From a virus, in IMG/VR virus record IMGVR_UViG_3300045988_049142, positions 1-44,384 of that record: 44,384 nucleotides of DNA, one strand, 5' to 3'. The position numbers were made by a program, and so were the translations under genes. The first letter of the stretch is position 1; each line of letters opens with the position of its first letter. The notes under the pieces were generated by a model that saw only the letters and a list, made by a program, of their open reading frames with translations, made no database searches and had not been told where the DNA came from. Of the stretch, positions 20,098-29,029 are shown piece by piece.

Positions 20098-21521
20098 TCA
20101 CGATCCACATTGACAAGCCCAACGCGCGGCAGGAGCTGTTTTTGCGCGATCGGCACAAGTACATCGCCTTCGGCGGGGCGCGCGGCGGCGGGAAGAGCTG
20201 GGCGGTGCGCACCAAGGCCAAGCTGCTGTGCCTGCGGTATCCCGGCATACGATGTCTAATCGTCCGCCGGACGTACCCGGAACTGATCAACAACCACATC
20301 CGGCAGCTGCGGCAGGAGCTGGCCGGTGTTGCGCGATATAACGACAAGGACAAGATCCTGATGATGCCGGGCGGCAGCTCCATCTCTTTCGCGTACTGCG
20401 CCAAGGACGGGGACCTGGACCGGCTGCAGGGCGTGGAGTATGACGTGATTTTCCTCGACGAGGCGACGCAGCTAAGCGAGTACCAGATGACCACCATCAC
20501 GGCGTGTCTTCGCGGCGTGAACGCCTTTCCGAAGCGGGTATACTACACCTGCAACCCCGGCGGGCAAGGCCATCAGTATATTAAGCGATTATTCGTCGAT
20601 CGGCACTTCCTCCCGGGCGAGGATCCAGACGATTACTCGTTTATTAAGTCTCTCGTTACGGACAACGCCGCGCTGATGCGGCAGGATCCTGAGTACATCC
20701 ACCAGCTGGAGGCACTGCCAGAGCGTCTCCGGCGGGCGTGGCTCAACGGGGACTGGGACGTATTTTGGGGGCAGTTTTTCGAGGAGTTCGCGGACGCGCC
20801 GGCACATTATGATGATCGGAGCTTTACGCACGTCATCGCGCCGTTTGAGATCCCGCCGGACTGGCGGATCTATCGGTCGTTTGACTGGGGCTATGCCAAG
20901 CCCTTCTCATGCGGGTGGTGGGCGGTCGACTACGACGGATGCCTCTACCGGATTCTAGAGCTGTACGGGTGTACGCGGGAGGCGAACACCGGGATTAAGT
21001 GGCCGCCGGACAAGGTGTTCGCGGAGATCCACCGGATCGAGACGGAGCATCGCTGGCTGAAGGGCAAGATGATCACCGGCGTGGCCGATCCGGCCATCTG
21101 GGACGCCGAGCGCGGGGAGAGTATTCAGGAGGTCGCGGCGCGGCATGGGGTGTACTTCAGCCGGGGCGACAACAAGCGCATTCCCGGCTGGATGCAGATG
21201 CACTACCGGATGGCCTTTGACGAGGCCGGGCGGGCACAGATGTATATCTTTAACAACTGCCGGGCGGCGATCCGTACGATCCCGCTGCTGCAGTACGATG
21301 ACCATCATGTCGAGGATCTGGATACAACCGGTGAGGATCATATCGCCGATGAGATGCGGTATATGTGCATGGCGAGGCCGATCAAGCCCCGCGCGAAGCA
21401 TGGTCGGGATCCGTATCTGGATAGCCCGCTGTACACGGCGCTCGACATCCCGCGCGAGGACATCCTCCCCGCGCCTGAGCTGGTGCCGATGACGATCAAG
21501 GAGGTAACCGATGGCGATTGA
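20094..21521 (+). CDS. terL: Terminase large subunit
   Basis: 475 aa from ATG 20094 (RBS GGAGGAG). Walker A GGARGGGKS, Walker B-like VIFLDEAT, C-terminal nuclease-type acidic motifs. Confidence 0.9.
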   Translation: MITIHIDKPNARQELFLRDRHKYIAFGGARGGGKSWAVRTKAKLLCLRYPGIRCLIVRRTYPELINNHIRQLRQELAGVARYNDKDKILMMPGGSSISFAYCAKDGDLDRLQGVEYDVIFLDEATQLSEYQMTTITACLRGVNAFPKRVYYTCNPGGQGHQYIKRLFVDRHFLPGEDPDDYSFIKSLVTDNAALMRQDPEYIHQLEALPERLRRAWLNGDWDVFWGQFFEEFADAPAHYDDRSFTHVIAPFEIPPDWRIYRSFDWGYAKPFSCGWWAVDYDGCLYRILELYGCTREANTGIKWPPDKVFAEIHRIETEHRWLKGKMITGVADPAIWDAERGESIQEVAARHGVYFSRGDNKRIPGWMQMHYRMAFDEAGRAQMYIFNNCRAAIRTIPLLQYDDHHVEDLDTTGEDHIADEMRYMCMARPIKPRAKHGRDPYLDSPLYTALDIPREDILPAPELVPMTIKEVTDGD

Positions 21522-23409
21522 CAACGGCGGCGTGGAGCAGATCGGCTCCGAGACCGCAATCAAGGCGGCTGATGTGGTGGAGACGGTGGTGGGCGCGGAA
21601 CAGATCCGCGAGGCCGTGGACACGCTAAATCGATACAAGCAGGGCAAAGCCAACCTCGAGCGGCGCGTGATCGACGACGAGGAGTGGTATCGTCTGCGGC
21701 ACTGGGAGTGTATGCGCGGGCGGAAGCAGGATGTGGAGCCGGTGTCTGCGTGGCTGCTAAATGCGATTGCCAACAAGCATGCAGACGCGATGGACAACTA
21801 CCCCGCACCAAACATCCTTCCACGGGAGCAGGGGGACGTGGAGGAGGCCGAGCGGCTGAGTGACATCGTCCCCGTGGTGCTGGCGCAGGAGGGCTTTGAG
21901 CAGACATACTCCGACGAGGCGTGGGACAAGCTGATCGGCGGCACGGGCATCTATGGTATTTTCTGGGATGCGCACAAGCTCGGCGGGCTGGGCGACATTG
22001 CCATCGAGACGGTGGATGTGCTCAACCTTTTCTGGGAGCCGGGCGTGACGGATATCCAGGACTCGCCCAACCTGTTTTACCTCAGCCTCATGGACAACGA
22101 GGCGCTTGTGCGGGCATACCCACAGTTAGATGGCCAGCTCGGCGGGAGCAATATCGACGTGAGCCGGTACTGCTACGATGATGCCGTGGACACCAGCGAC
22201 AAGAGCGTGGTGGTGGACTGGTATTACAAGCGCATGGTGGACGGGCAGATGATCCTCCACTACTGCAAGTTCGTGGGAGATACAGTGCTCTACGCGACGG
22301 AGAATGAACGCGAGCCGGACGCGACAGGCCGGAGCATGGCCGAGCGCGGCTGGTACGATCACGGGAAGTATCCGTTTGTGTTCGATCCGCTGTACCGATG
22401 CAAGGGTACGCCGTGCGGCTTTGGCTACATCGATATCGGCAAGGGGGCGCAGGAGTACATCGACCGCGGTGAGCAGGCCGTGATGCGCAATATGCTATCA
22501 AATGCCGCGCCTCGCTTTTTTATCCGCGCGGACGGCGCGGTGAACGAGGAGGAATACGCCGACTGGACGAAGCCGTTTGTCCACACGGACGGTAATCTGG
22601 GATCGGACTCTATTGTGCCGGTCTCCGGCTACGGTCTCGGCTCGATCTACCTCTCCGTGCTGGAGCACAAGGTCGACGAGCTGAAGGAGACCACCGGCAA
22701 CCGCGACGTATCTACGGGCGGCACGGCCTCCGGCGTTACGGCGGCATCGGCCATCGCGGCCATGCAGGAAGCGGGGAGCAAGCTCTCACGGGATAGCAAC
22801 AAGGCGGCGTACCGCGCATTCCGCGAGGTGGTTCTACTTGTCGTCGAGCTGATTCGGCAGTTTTACGATCTCCCCCGCCAGTTTCGGATCATCGGGGAAA
22901 ACGGTGTGCAGCGATTTATCAGCTACACCAATGCGGGACTGCAGCCGCAGGCGCAGGGGACGGATTTTGGCATCGACATGGGTACGCGCGTGCCGCTGTT
23001 TGACATCGACATCTCGGCGGAAAAGGCCAGCCCTTACAGCAAAATGAGTCAAAACGAGCTGGCGCTGCAGTTTTTCGGAGCGGGATTTTTTAACCCGCAG
23101 ATGTCAGATCAGGCTTTGGCGTGCCTCGAGATGATGGATTTTGACCGCAAGGACGAGATCATGCAGCGGATCGCGGCAAACGGAACACTGTACCAGCAGC
23201 TTATGGCGGCGCAGCAGCAGGCCGTGGCCATGGCGCAGCTGGCCGACACGCTGGGCGGGACAAATTACTCGCAGCAGATGCTGGCGGGGATGCAGGGCGG
23301 CGCACAGGCGGCACCGGGCAAGGTGGATCAGTCCGCCGAAGACGGCAGCGAGAGCAGCACGACGCGAAATGCGCGGCAGGAGGCGGCTGACAGAGCCGCA
23401 CCGCGATGA
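21511..23409 (+). CDS. Portal protein
   Basis: 632 aa. Lies directly after TerL (overlapping) and before the protease/scaffold/capsid genes. Size and coiled N-terminal region fit a portal. Confidence 0.8.
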   Translation: MAIDNGGVEQIGSETAIKAADVVETVVGAEQIREAVDTLNRYKQGKANLERRVIDDEEWYRLRHWECMRGRKQDVEPVSAWLLNAIANKHADAMDNYPAPNILPREQGDVEEAERLSDIVPVVLAQEGFEQTYSDEAWDKLIGGTGIYGIFWDAHKLGGLGDIAIETVDVLNLFWEPGVTDIQDSPNLFYLSLMDNEALVRAYPQLDGQLGGSNIDVSRYCYDDAVDTSDKSVVVDWYYKRMVDGQMILHYCKFVGDTVLYATENEREPDATGRSMAERGWYDHGKYPFVFDPLYRCKGTPCGFGYIDIGKGAQEYIDRGEQAVMRNMLSNAAPRFFIRADGAVNEEEYADWTKPFVHTDGNLGSDSIVPVSGYGLGSIYLSVLEHKVDELKETTGNRDVSTGGTASGVTAASAIAAMQEAGSKLSRDSNKAAYRAFREVVLLVVELIRQFYDLPRQFRIIGENGVQRFISYTNAGLQPQAQGTDFGIDMGTRVPLFDIDISAEKASPYSKMSQNELALQFFGAGFFNPQMSDQALACLEMMDFDRKDEIMQRIAANGTLYQQLMAAQQQAVAMAQLADTLGGTNYSQQMLAGMQGGAQAAPGKVDQSAEDGSESSTTRNARQEAADRAAPR

Positions 23410-23747
23410 TTACGGCGCGGCTGGGCGAGCGCGCGGGACTGCTGACGCTGGAGATGGACGGCCATGCCGGCAGCGCTCCGGCGGGGCAGGATCTGGTCTG
23501 CGCTGCGGCAAGCATCCTGTGCTATACGCTGGCGGCACAGGCGGGCAAGCTAAGCGCAGACGGCAAGCTGCGGGCAAAGCCATGCGTGGACTTGGCCGAT
23601 GGGCACGCGGCGATTGCGATCAAGCCGCGCGGGGCAGCGGAACGAGAGGCGCGGGCAATCTGGGGCACGGTCGAGTCCGGGCTATTGCTGCTGCAAAGAG
23701 CGCACCCAGACTGCATCAGAGTTGATAGCGGGGAGTATCCCCGATAA
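23406..23747 (+). CDS. prp: Prp-family cysteine protease (ribosomal-processing protease homologue)
   Basis: 113 aa. Catalytic His/Cys signature GHAGSAPAGQDLVCAAASIL. ATGA overlap with the portal gene. Confidence 0.8.
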   Translation: MITARLGERAGLLTLEMDGHAGSAPAGQDLVCAAASILCYTLAAQAGKLSADGKLRAKPCVDLADGHAAIAIKPRGAAEREARAIWGTVESGLLLLQRAHPDCIRVDSGEYPR

Positions 23748-23750
23748 CAA

Positions 23751-23801
23751 GGGATCGCCCACCTCACGGGCAGATTACGGGATCGCCCACCATACGGGCA
23801 G
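23751..23801 (+). repeat. Two 23-bp direct repeats GGGATCGCCCACC(TC/AT)ACGGGCAG, 28-bp period
   Basis: Read directly in the Prp-scaffold gap. The second copy runs into the scaffold RBS (GGCAGGAG). Confidence 0.85.
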
Positions 23802-23810
23802 GAGTACGCT

Positions 23811-24701
23811 ATGGACATTATGGCAAGGCCGCTTACCCTCCAGCTCTTTGCGGAGGGCGGCACAGCGGCAGCCCCCGCAAGCGGGGACACGGGCGCGGCG
23901 GCAGAAACGGGCGACCTGAGCAAGGTGGCCTACGGACTGCAGGCCGATCAGCAGACAGATCCTGTCGCCGAGGATCATGCCGAGGACAAACCGAGGGATC
24001 TTGGCAAGGAGTTTGACGCGCTCATCAAGGGCGAGTACAAGGACGTGTACAACAAGCGGATGCAGGACACGATTCAGCGGCGGACGAAGGGTACGCGGGA
24101 GACGGCAGATAAGTACAGGGCGGCTCAGCCGCTGCTGCAGATGCTATCTGAGCGGTATCACGTCGATGTTGCGGATGTGGAGGGGCTGACAAAGGCGGTA
24201 GCCGAGGATGACGCCTTTTACGAGCAGGAGGCAGAGCGGCTTGGCATCGGCGTTGAGCAGGTCAAGACGATGCGTAAGGCCGAGCGGGAGAACGCCCAGC
24301 TGCGCGAACAGCTTGCGGAGCAGGAGAACCGCCGGAAGATGGACGAAAACATCTCCAAGTGGATGCGCGAGGCGGACGAGATCGCGGCGAAGTACCCGCA
24401 GCTCGACCTCCAGCAGGAGCTGCAGAATCCGCAGTTTTTCAATGCGCTGATGAACGGGGCAAGCGTCGAGGGCGCTTACTGGGGGCTGTACCATGATCAG
24501 CTTATCCCACAGGCCATGCAGTTTACCGCGCAGGAGACGGAGCGCAAAATCGCCAACAAGATCCAGGCACAGGGGAAGAGGCCGACAGAGAGCGGCGCGA
24601 AGCCCCCGATCACCGTCAAGAGCGACGTGTCGCAGCTGTCTGACGCTGATATGGACGAGATTATCAGACGAGCAAGGAGGGGCGAAAAGATCAGGTTTTA
24701 A
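23811..24701 (+). CDS. Scaffolding protein with Prp-type leader (..LTLQLFA|E)
   Basis: 296 aa, highly charged coiled coil. Lies before the capsid gene. The N-terminus MDIMARPLTLQLFAEGG resembles the L27 pro-sequence. Confidence 0.8.
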   Translation: MDIMARPLTLQLFAEGGTAAAPASGDTGAAAETGDLSKVAYGLQADQQTDPVAEDHAEDKPRDLGKEFDALIKGEYKDVYNKRMQDTIQRRTKGTRETADKYRAAQPLLQMLSERYHVDVADVEGLTKAVAEDDAFYEQEAERLGIGVEQVKTMRKAERENAQLREQLAEQENRRKMDENISKWMREADEIAAKYPQLDLQQELQNPQFFNALMNGASVEGAYWGLYHDQLIPQAMQFTAQETERKIANKIQAQGKRPTESGAKPPITVKSDVSQLSDADMDEIIRRARRGEKIRF

Positions 24702-24721
24702 CCCCTCCGGAAGGGAGAAAT

Positions 24722-25768
24722 ATGACTGACCTGAGATACATCGATCTGCAGCTGTTTGCAGATGTGACCAATGCGACGACCTCGGCGGCAACCGGCAACA
24801 ACCTGTCCGCCGAGATGAAGACCTTTTACGACAAGGTGCTGCTGCGCGAGGCCGGGCCGCACCTTGTCCACGATCAGTTTGGACAGAAGCGCGATATCCC
24901 GCGCGGCAATGGCAAAACGATCGAGTTCCGCAAGTTTAACCAGCTTCCCAAGGCGCTGACCGCGCTGACCGAGGGCGTGACCCCAAACGGCGGCGCGCTG
25001 GACGTGACGAGCCTGACGGCGACCGTCAACCAGTACGGCTACTTTGTCCGCATCACTGATGTGCTTGACCTTACCGCCATCGACAACGTGGCCGTCGAGG
25101 CCGCGCAGCTGCTTGGCGATCAGGCGGGCATTACGATGGATACCATCGTGCGCAACGTCCTGCAGGGCGGCACCAACGTGCTGTTTTGCCCCAAGGTCGC
25201 CGCCGGCGTGGAGACGGCTGTTACCACCCGCGCCGGGCTGGACAACACGTCCCAGCTGACCGTCAAGGCCATTCAGCGCGCGGTCGCGACGCTCAAGAGC
25301 AAAAACGTGCCGACCATCAACGGCAAGTATGTCGGCATCATCCATCCGTACGTCGCGTACGATCTGATGCGCGACCCGGAGTGGGTCGACGCGCACAAGT
25401 ATGCCAATCCTACCAACCTGTACACGGGAGAGCTGGGCGAGATTGCGGGCGTGCGGTTTGTGGAGTCGACCGAGGCGAAGGTCTGGAAGGACACTACCTG
25501 CCCCAAGATCGGCAGTACCTCCAACTACTACGGCGTGTTTGGCACGCTGATCCTCGGCAAAAACGCTTACGGCGTAACCGAGGTCACCGGCGGCGGCCTG
25601 CAGACCATCGTCAAGGGCAAGGGCAGCGCCGGCACGGCTGACCCGCTGGATCAGCGCTCTACCGTCGGCTGGAAGGGCATCCGCACGGCCAAGATCCTGC
25701 TCGAGCAGAATATGGTGCGCGTGGAGAGCGTGTCCGATGCGTGGAGCGCGTCGGTCGAGGCGAACTGA
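24722..25768 (+). CDS. Major capsid protein (HK97-fold type) with Prp-type leader (..DLQLFA|D)
   Basis: 348 aa, position and size fit. N-terminus is MTDLRYIDLQLFADV. A strong hairpin follows the gene. Confidence 0.85.
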   Translation: MTDLRYIDLQLFADVTNATTSAATGNNLSAEMKTFYDKVLLREAGPHLVHDQFGQKRDIPRGNGKTIEFRKFNQLPKALTALTEGVTPNGGALDVTSLTATVNQYGYFVRITDVLDLTAIDNVAVEAAQLLGDQAGITMDTIVRNVLQGGTNVLFCPKVAAGVETAVTTRAGLDNTSQLTVKAIQRAVATLKSKNVPTINGKYVGIIHPYVAYDLMRDPEWVDAHKYANPTNLYTGELGEIAGVRFVESTEAKVWKDTTCPKIGSTSNYYGVFGTLILGKNAYGVTEVTGGGLQTIVKGKGSAGTADPLDQRSTVGWKGIRTAKILLEQNMVRVESVSDAWSASVEAN

Positions 25769-25774
25769 GTAACG

Positions 25775-25799
25775 GCGGGGGAGGCAACCCCTCCCCCGC
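25775..25799 (+). promoter_or_regulatory. GC-rich 10-bp stem-loop after the capsid gene (no U-tract)
   Basis: GCGGGGGAGG-caacc-CCTCCCCCGC. Likely an RNA-stabilising or attenuating hairpin. Confidence 0.5.
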
Positions 25800-25816
25800 A
25801 GAACAGGAGACGAAAA

Positions 25817-26068
25817 ATGGCTGAAACTACCAAAAAGCCCGAAACGGGCGAGAAGATGGTGCGCGTGACGCTCCCGATCATCAACGAGCATGATATGGAG
25901 CAGTACGTCGGCATCAATGGCCGGTCGTGGCTGATCCGCCGCGGCGAAGAAGTTGAAGTGCCTGAGTGCGTGGCAGAAGTGCTGAAGCTCAGCGAGAACC
26001 AGAAGCGTGAAGCATTCCGCTATCAGCAGCAGGCCGCGAAAGCCGCCGAGACGGGCGGCGAGATGTAA
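25817..26068 (+). CDS. Small head-associated hypothetical protein (83 aa)
   Basis: RBS AGGAGA. Lies between the capsid and connector genes and is followed by a terminator. Confidence 0.65.
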   Translation: MAETTKKPETGEKMVRVTLPIINEHDMEQYVGINGRSWLIRRGEEVEVPECVAEVLKLSENQKREAFRYQQQAAKAAETGGEM

Positions 26069-26096
26069 TGGGGGTCTGCGCGACCCCCATTTTTTG
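26068..26096 (+). terminator. Rho-independent terminator
   Basis: ATGGGGGTC-tgcgc-GACCCCCAT followed by TTTTTT. Confidence 0.75.
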
Positions 26097-26113
26097 TGAA
26101 GGAGGGACGCGCG

Positions 26114-26485
26114 ATGACAATTGAGCGAGTGCTGAGTACGGTCGATGCGTGCAAGCCCAACATCATCGACGATGCGCAGAAGCTGGCATGGCTGCAGGAG
26201 CTGGAGGGTATCATCACGCATGAGATCATCCGTACGCACGTCGGCGGCGAGAATGCGGAGATCCCGACGGTCAACGGCGGCACGGATCCGAGCGCGGAAC
26301 TTCTGGCGGCGGCGCCGCATGACCGGCTCTATCCGCTGTACGTCGAGGCGCAGATCGACCTCGTCAATGGCGAGATCGGCAAGTATAACAATTCCATCGC
26401 GCTTTTCACGGCGGCGTACAACGAGTACAGCCGCTGGTACAACCGGACGCATACGCCGGTCAGCGCGACGGTGCGTTTTTGGTGA
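26114..26485 (+). CDS. Putative head-tail connector/adaptor protein
   Basis: ATG 26114 with RBS GAAGGAGGG. Called from position only. Confidence 0.5.
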   Translation: MTIERVLSTVDACKPNIIDDAQKLAWLQELEGIITHEIIRTHVGGENAEIPTVNGGTDPSAELLAAAPHDRLYPLYVEAQIDLVNGEIGKYNNSIALFTAAYNEYSRWYNRTHTPVSATVRFW

Positions 26486-26494
26486 GGAGGGCGT

Positions 26495-28252
26495 ATGTAC
26501 AATCCGACGCTCACTGAGACGAGCCAGAGCCGCGAGATGCTGTCTGTGTTTGGTGGGTACAACCACAACCGGCGGATCAGCGACGGCGAGTTTTACGACA
26601 TGACCAATCTCACGTCGAGCGGGTATCCGCTCCTGATGAGCAGACCAGCACGCGGCAAGGTACAGCATCTGACCGCTCCGGGCGGGATGCTGGCCAAGGA
26701 CGCGATGGCCGTGGTCGACGGGGGCAAGCTGTACTACAACGGCAAGGAGATCACCGGGCTGACGTTGAGCGACGGCGACAAGCAGATGGTCAGCATGGGG
26801 GCATACCTTGTGATCTGGCCGGACAAGGTGTACCTCAACACCAAGGACGTGACGGACTACGGGAGTCTTGAGTCATCGTGGGAGAGCACCGGCAACGTGG
26901 TGTACTCCCTAAGCACGATGGACGGCAAGACGATGGACAACGTCCCACTTACACAGCCGGAAAATCCGACCGGCGGCGAGTATTGGATCGACACGACGCA
27001 GACCCCACACAAGCTGATGACGTACTCCGCGCCGCAGAGCATGTGGATGGGTGTCGCGACGGTCTACACCAAGATCTCGGCAGACGGGATCGGCAAGGCC
27101 TTTGCAGAGGGCGACGGGCTGGAGATCAGCGGCATCGCCTACGGGGGAGACAGCGAGGCCGTCAAGGCGCAGTACAAGGATCTCAACGGCACAAAGGTCG
27201 TGCAGAGCAAGGGCGACGATTGGATCGTGATCATTGGGCTGATCGACCTGACCTATACGCAGGAGAGCGGTACGGTCAAAGCGGCGCGGAGTGTTCCGGA
27301 CATGGACTACGTCTGCGAGGCACAAAACCGCATCTGGGGATGCAAGTATGGCATCGTGGACGGTAAGACCGTCAACGAGCTGTACTGCTGCAAGCTCGGC
27401 GATTTCAAAAACTGGCGAGTCTATGCCGGCGTGTCGACGGACGCTTGGGCGGCATCTGTTGGATCGGACGGCGCGTGGACGGGCGCGATCAACTACCAAG
27501 GATATCCCACGTTTTTTAAAGAGGACGTGATTCACCGGATTTCCGTCGCGTCCTCCGGTGGGCATCAGGTCGTTGAGACGGCGGCGCGAGGTGTCCAAAA
27601 CGGGAGCTGGCGAAGTCTGTGCGTGGTCAACGAGATGCTCCTGTACAAGTCCCGCACGGACGTGTGCGCGTACGATGGGAGCTTCCCGTCTTCGATCGGC
27701 TCAGTGTTTGGCGACGTGCTATACAGCAAAGCGGTCGCTGGGAGCGTAGGCGGCAAGTACTACATCAGTATGTACGATGGCGCGGCGTGGCATCTCTTTG
27801 TGTACGACGCAAATCGCTCGATGTGGCATCGGGAGGACAACACCCACGCGCTTGTGTTCGCGCGGCAGGACGATGATCTGTTTTACGTCGACGCGGATAC
27901 CAAGTGGATGATGTGCGTCAACGGTACGCAGGGCACGCCGGAGGATGCTCCCGAGTGGTCTGCGGAAACGGGCGTGATCGGGTACGACTACCCCGACAAA
28001 AAATACCTGAGCCGCTATAACATCCGACTCCAAATTGAGCAGGGCGGGGAGTTGCGGCTATACTGCATGTACGACTCCGACGGCATTTGGCGCGAGGCGG
28101 GGACGGTTCGCCGCAAGGGTCATGGCACGTTCACGGTTCCCGTGATCCCCCGGCGGTGCGACCATATGCGGCTTAAACTCGCGGGCAAGGGCGTTGTGAG
28201 GGTATTTTCCATCGCAAAAATCCTTGAGTTGGGGAGTGATCTCGGATGGTAG
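26495..28252 (+). CDS. Virion structural protein (585 aa), putative tail/nozzle component
   Basis: Long ORF in the late operon with beta-rich repeats. No family recognised by eye. Confidence 0.6.
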   Translation: MYNPTLTETSQSREMLSVFGGYNHNRRISDGEFYDMTNLTSSGYPLLMSRPARGKVQHLTAPGGMLAKDAMAVVDGGKLYYNGKEITGLTLSDGDKQMVSMGAYLVIWPDKVYLNTKDVTDYGSLESSWESTGNVVYSLSTMDGKTMDNVPLTQPENPTGGEYWIDTTQTPHKLMTYSAPQSMWMGVATVYTKISADGIGKAFAEGDGLEISGIAYGGDSEAVKAQYKDLNGTKVVQSKGDDWIVIIGLIDLTYTQESGTVKAARSVPDMDYVCEAQNRIWGCKYGIVDGKTVNELYCCKLGDFKNWRVYAGVSTDAWAASVGSDGAWTGAINYQGYPTFFKEDVIHRISVASSGGHQVVETAARGVQNGSWRSLCVVNEMLLYKSRTDVCAYDGSFPSSIGSVFGDVLYSKAVAGSVGGKYYISMYDGAAWHLFVYDANRSMWHREDNTHALVFARQDDDLFYVDADTKWMMCVNGTQGTPEDAPEWSAETGVIGYDYPDKKYLSRYNIRLQIEQGGELRLYCMYDSDGIWREAGTVRRKGHGTFTVPVIPRRCDHMRLKLAGKGVVRVFSIAKILELGSDLGW

Positions 28253-29028
28253 TTATCCCTACTCCCCCGACCCTTCAGGGCGGGCAGACGGAGCAGCTGT
28301 CGAGCGTGCGGAGATATCTCTACTCACTGGCGAGACAGCTCAATGAGTCGCTCAACGCCATCGAGGCGGACAGTCTGACTGAGGCGGCAAAGTCTTCGCT
28401 CGGCGTGGGTGCGCAAAAGGCGGCGCAGGATCAGACGCGGCAGGAGATCGGAGCGAGCGCAAACGCGCTCAAGAGCCTGATCATCAAGACGGCGGATACC
28501 GTCAGGAGCGAGATCCAGCGCGTCGAGGCCGAGCTGCAGAGCAGCTACCTAGCCAAGAGTGAGTTTGGCCAGTACAAGGAGCAAGTCGACGCAAAGTTTA
28601 CGGCAACGGCAGAGAATGTGACGCAGAGCATCCAGTACGTCAGTGAGCTGGAGGGGCGGATCGACGGACAGGCCGGAGACATCGAGGGGCTGCTGGCATA
28701 CCGTACGGAGACCACCGGATACATCCGGCAGGGCATCGTCGGCTATGAGAATACCGTCCCGATCATCGGCATCGCAATCGGGCAGGACATCCAGACAACC
28801 GGCACGCAGAGCGTTGGCGGCAAGGTGTATGACGTGATCGACACCAGCCACAATATGTCAGTCTGGACAAGCAAAAAGCTGTCGTTTTACGTCGAGGGTA
28901 CGGAGATCGCGTACTTTTCAAACGGCGCACTGCACGTTACGCACGTTGAGCTGGAGCGGATCACCGGCGCTGGCAAGTGGGACGTAAATTTTACGAGCGG
29001 GATTACGTTCCGCTGGATCGGAGGATGA
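28246..29028 (+). CDS. Tail-associated structural protein (260 aa) with coiled-coil N-terminus
   Basis: ATG overlaps the upstream stop. N-terminus IPTPPTLQGGQTEQLSSVRRYLYSLARQLNESLNAI is typical of minor tail/fibre proteins. Confidence 0.6.
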   Translation: MVVIPTPPTLQGGQTEQLSSVRRYLYSLARQLNESLNAIEADSLTEAAKSSLGVGAQKAAQDQTRQEIGASANALKSLIIKTADTVRSEIQRVEAELQSSYLAKSEFGQYKEQVDAKFTATAENVTQSIQYVSELEGRIDGQAGDIEGLLAYRTETTGYIRQGIVGYENTVPIIGIAIGQDIQTTGTQSVGGKVYDVIDTSHNMSVWTSKKLSFYVEGTEIAYFSNGALHVTHVELERITGAGKWDVNFTSGITFRWIGG

Positions 29029-29029
29029 G

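Noticed and set aside
24698-26668. 656-aa minus-strand ORF, and similar long antisense ORFs such as 4797-6170 (+), 33200-34219 (-), 40414-41550 (-), 38590-39567 (-), 30740-31300 (-) and 282-1055 (-).
   Set aside because: They lie antisense or out of frame to genes with clear motifs (capsid, MTase, endolysin, giant protein). They are Arg/Ala/Pro/Leu-rich and have no RBS. This is the typical stop-codon-poor shadow-frame pattern in GC-rich DNA.
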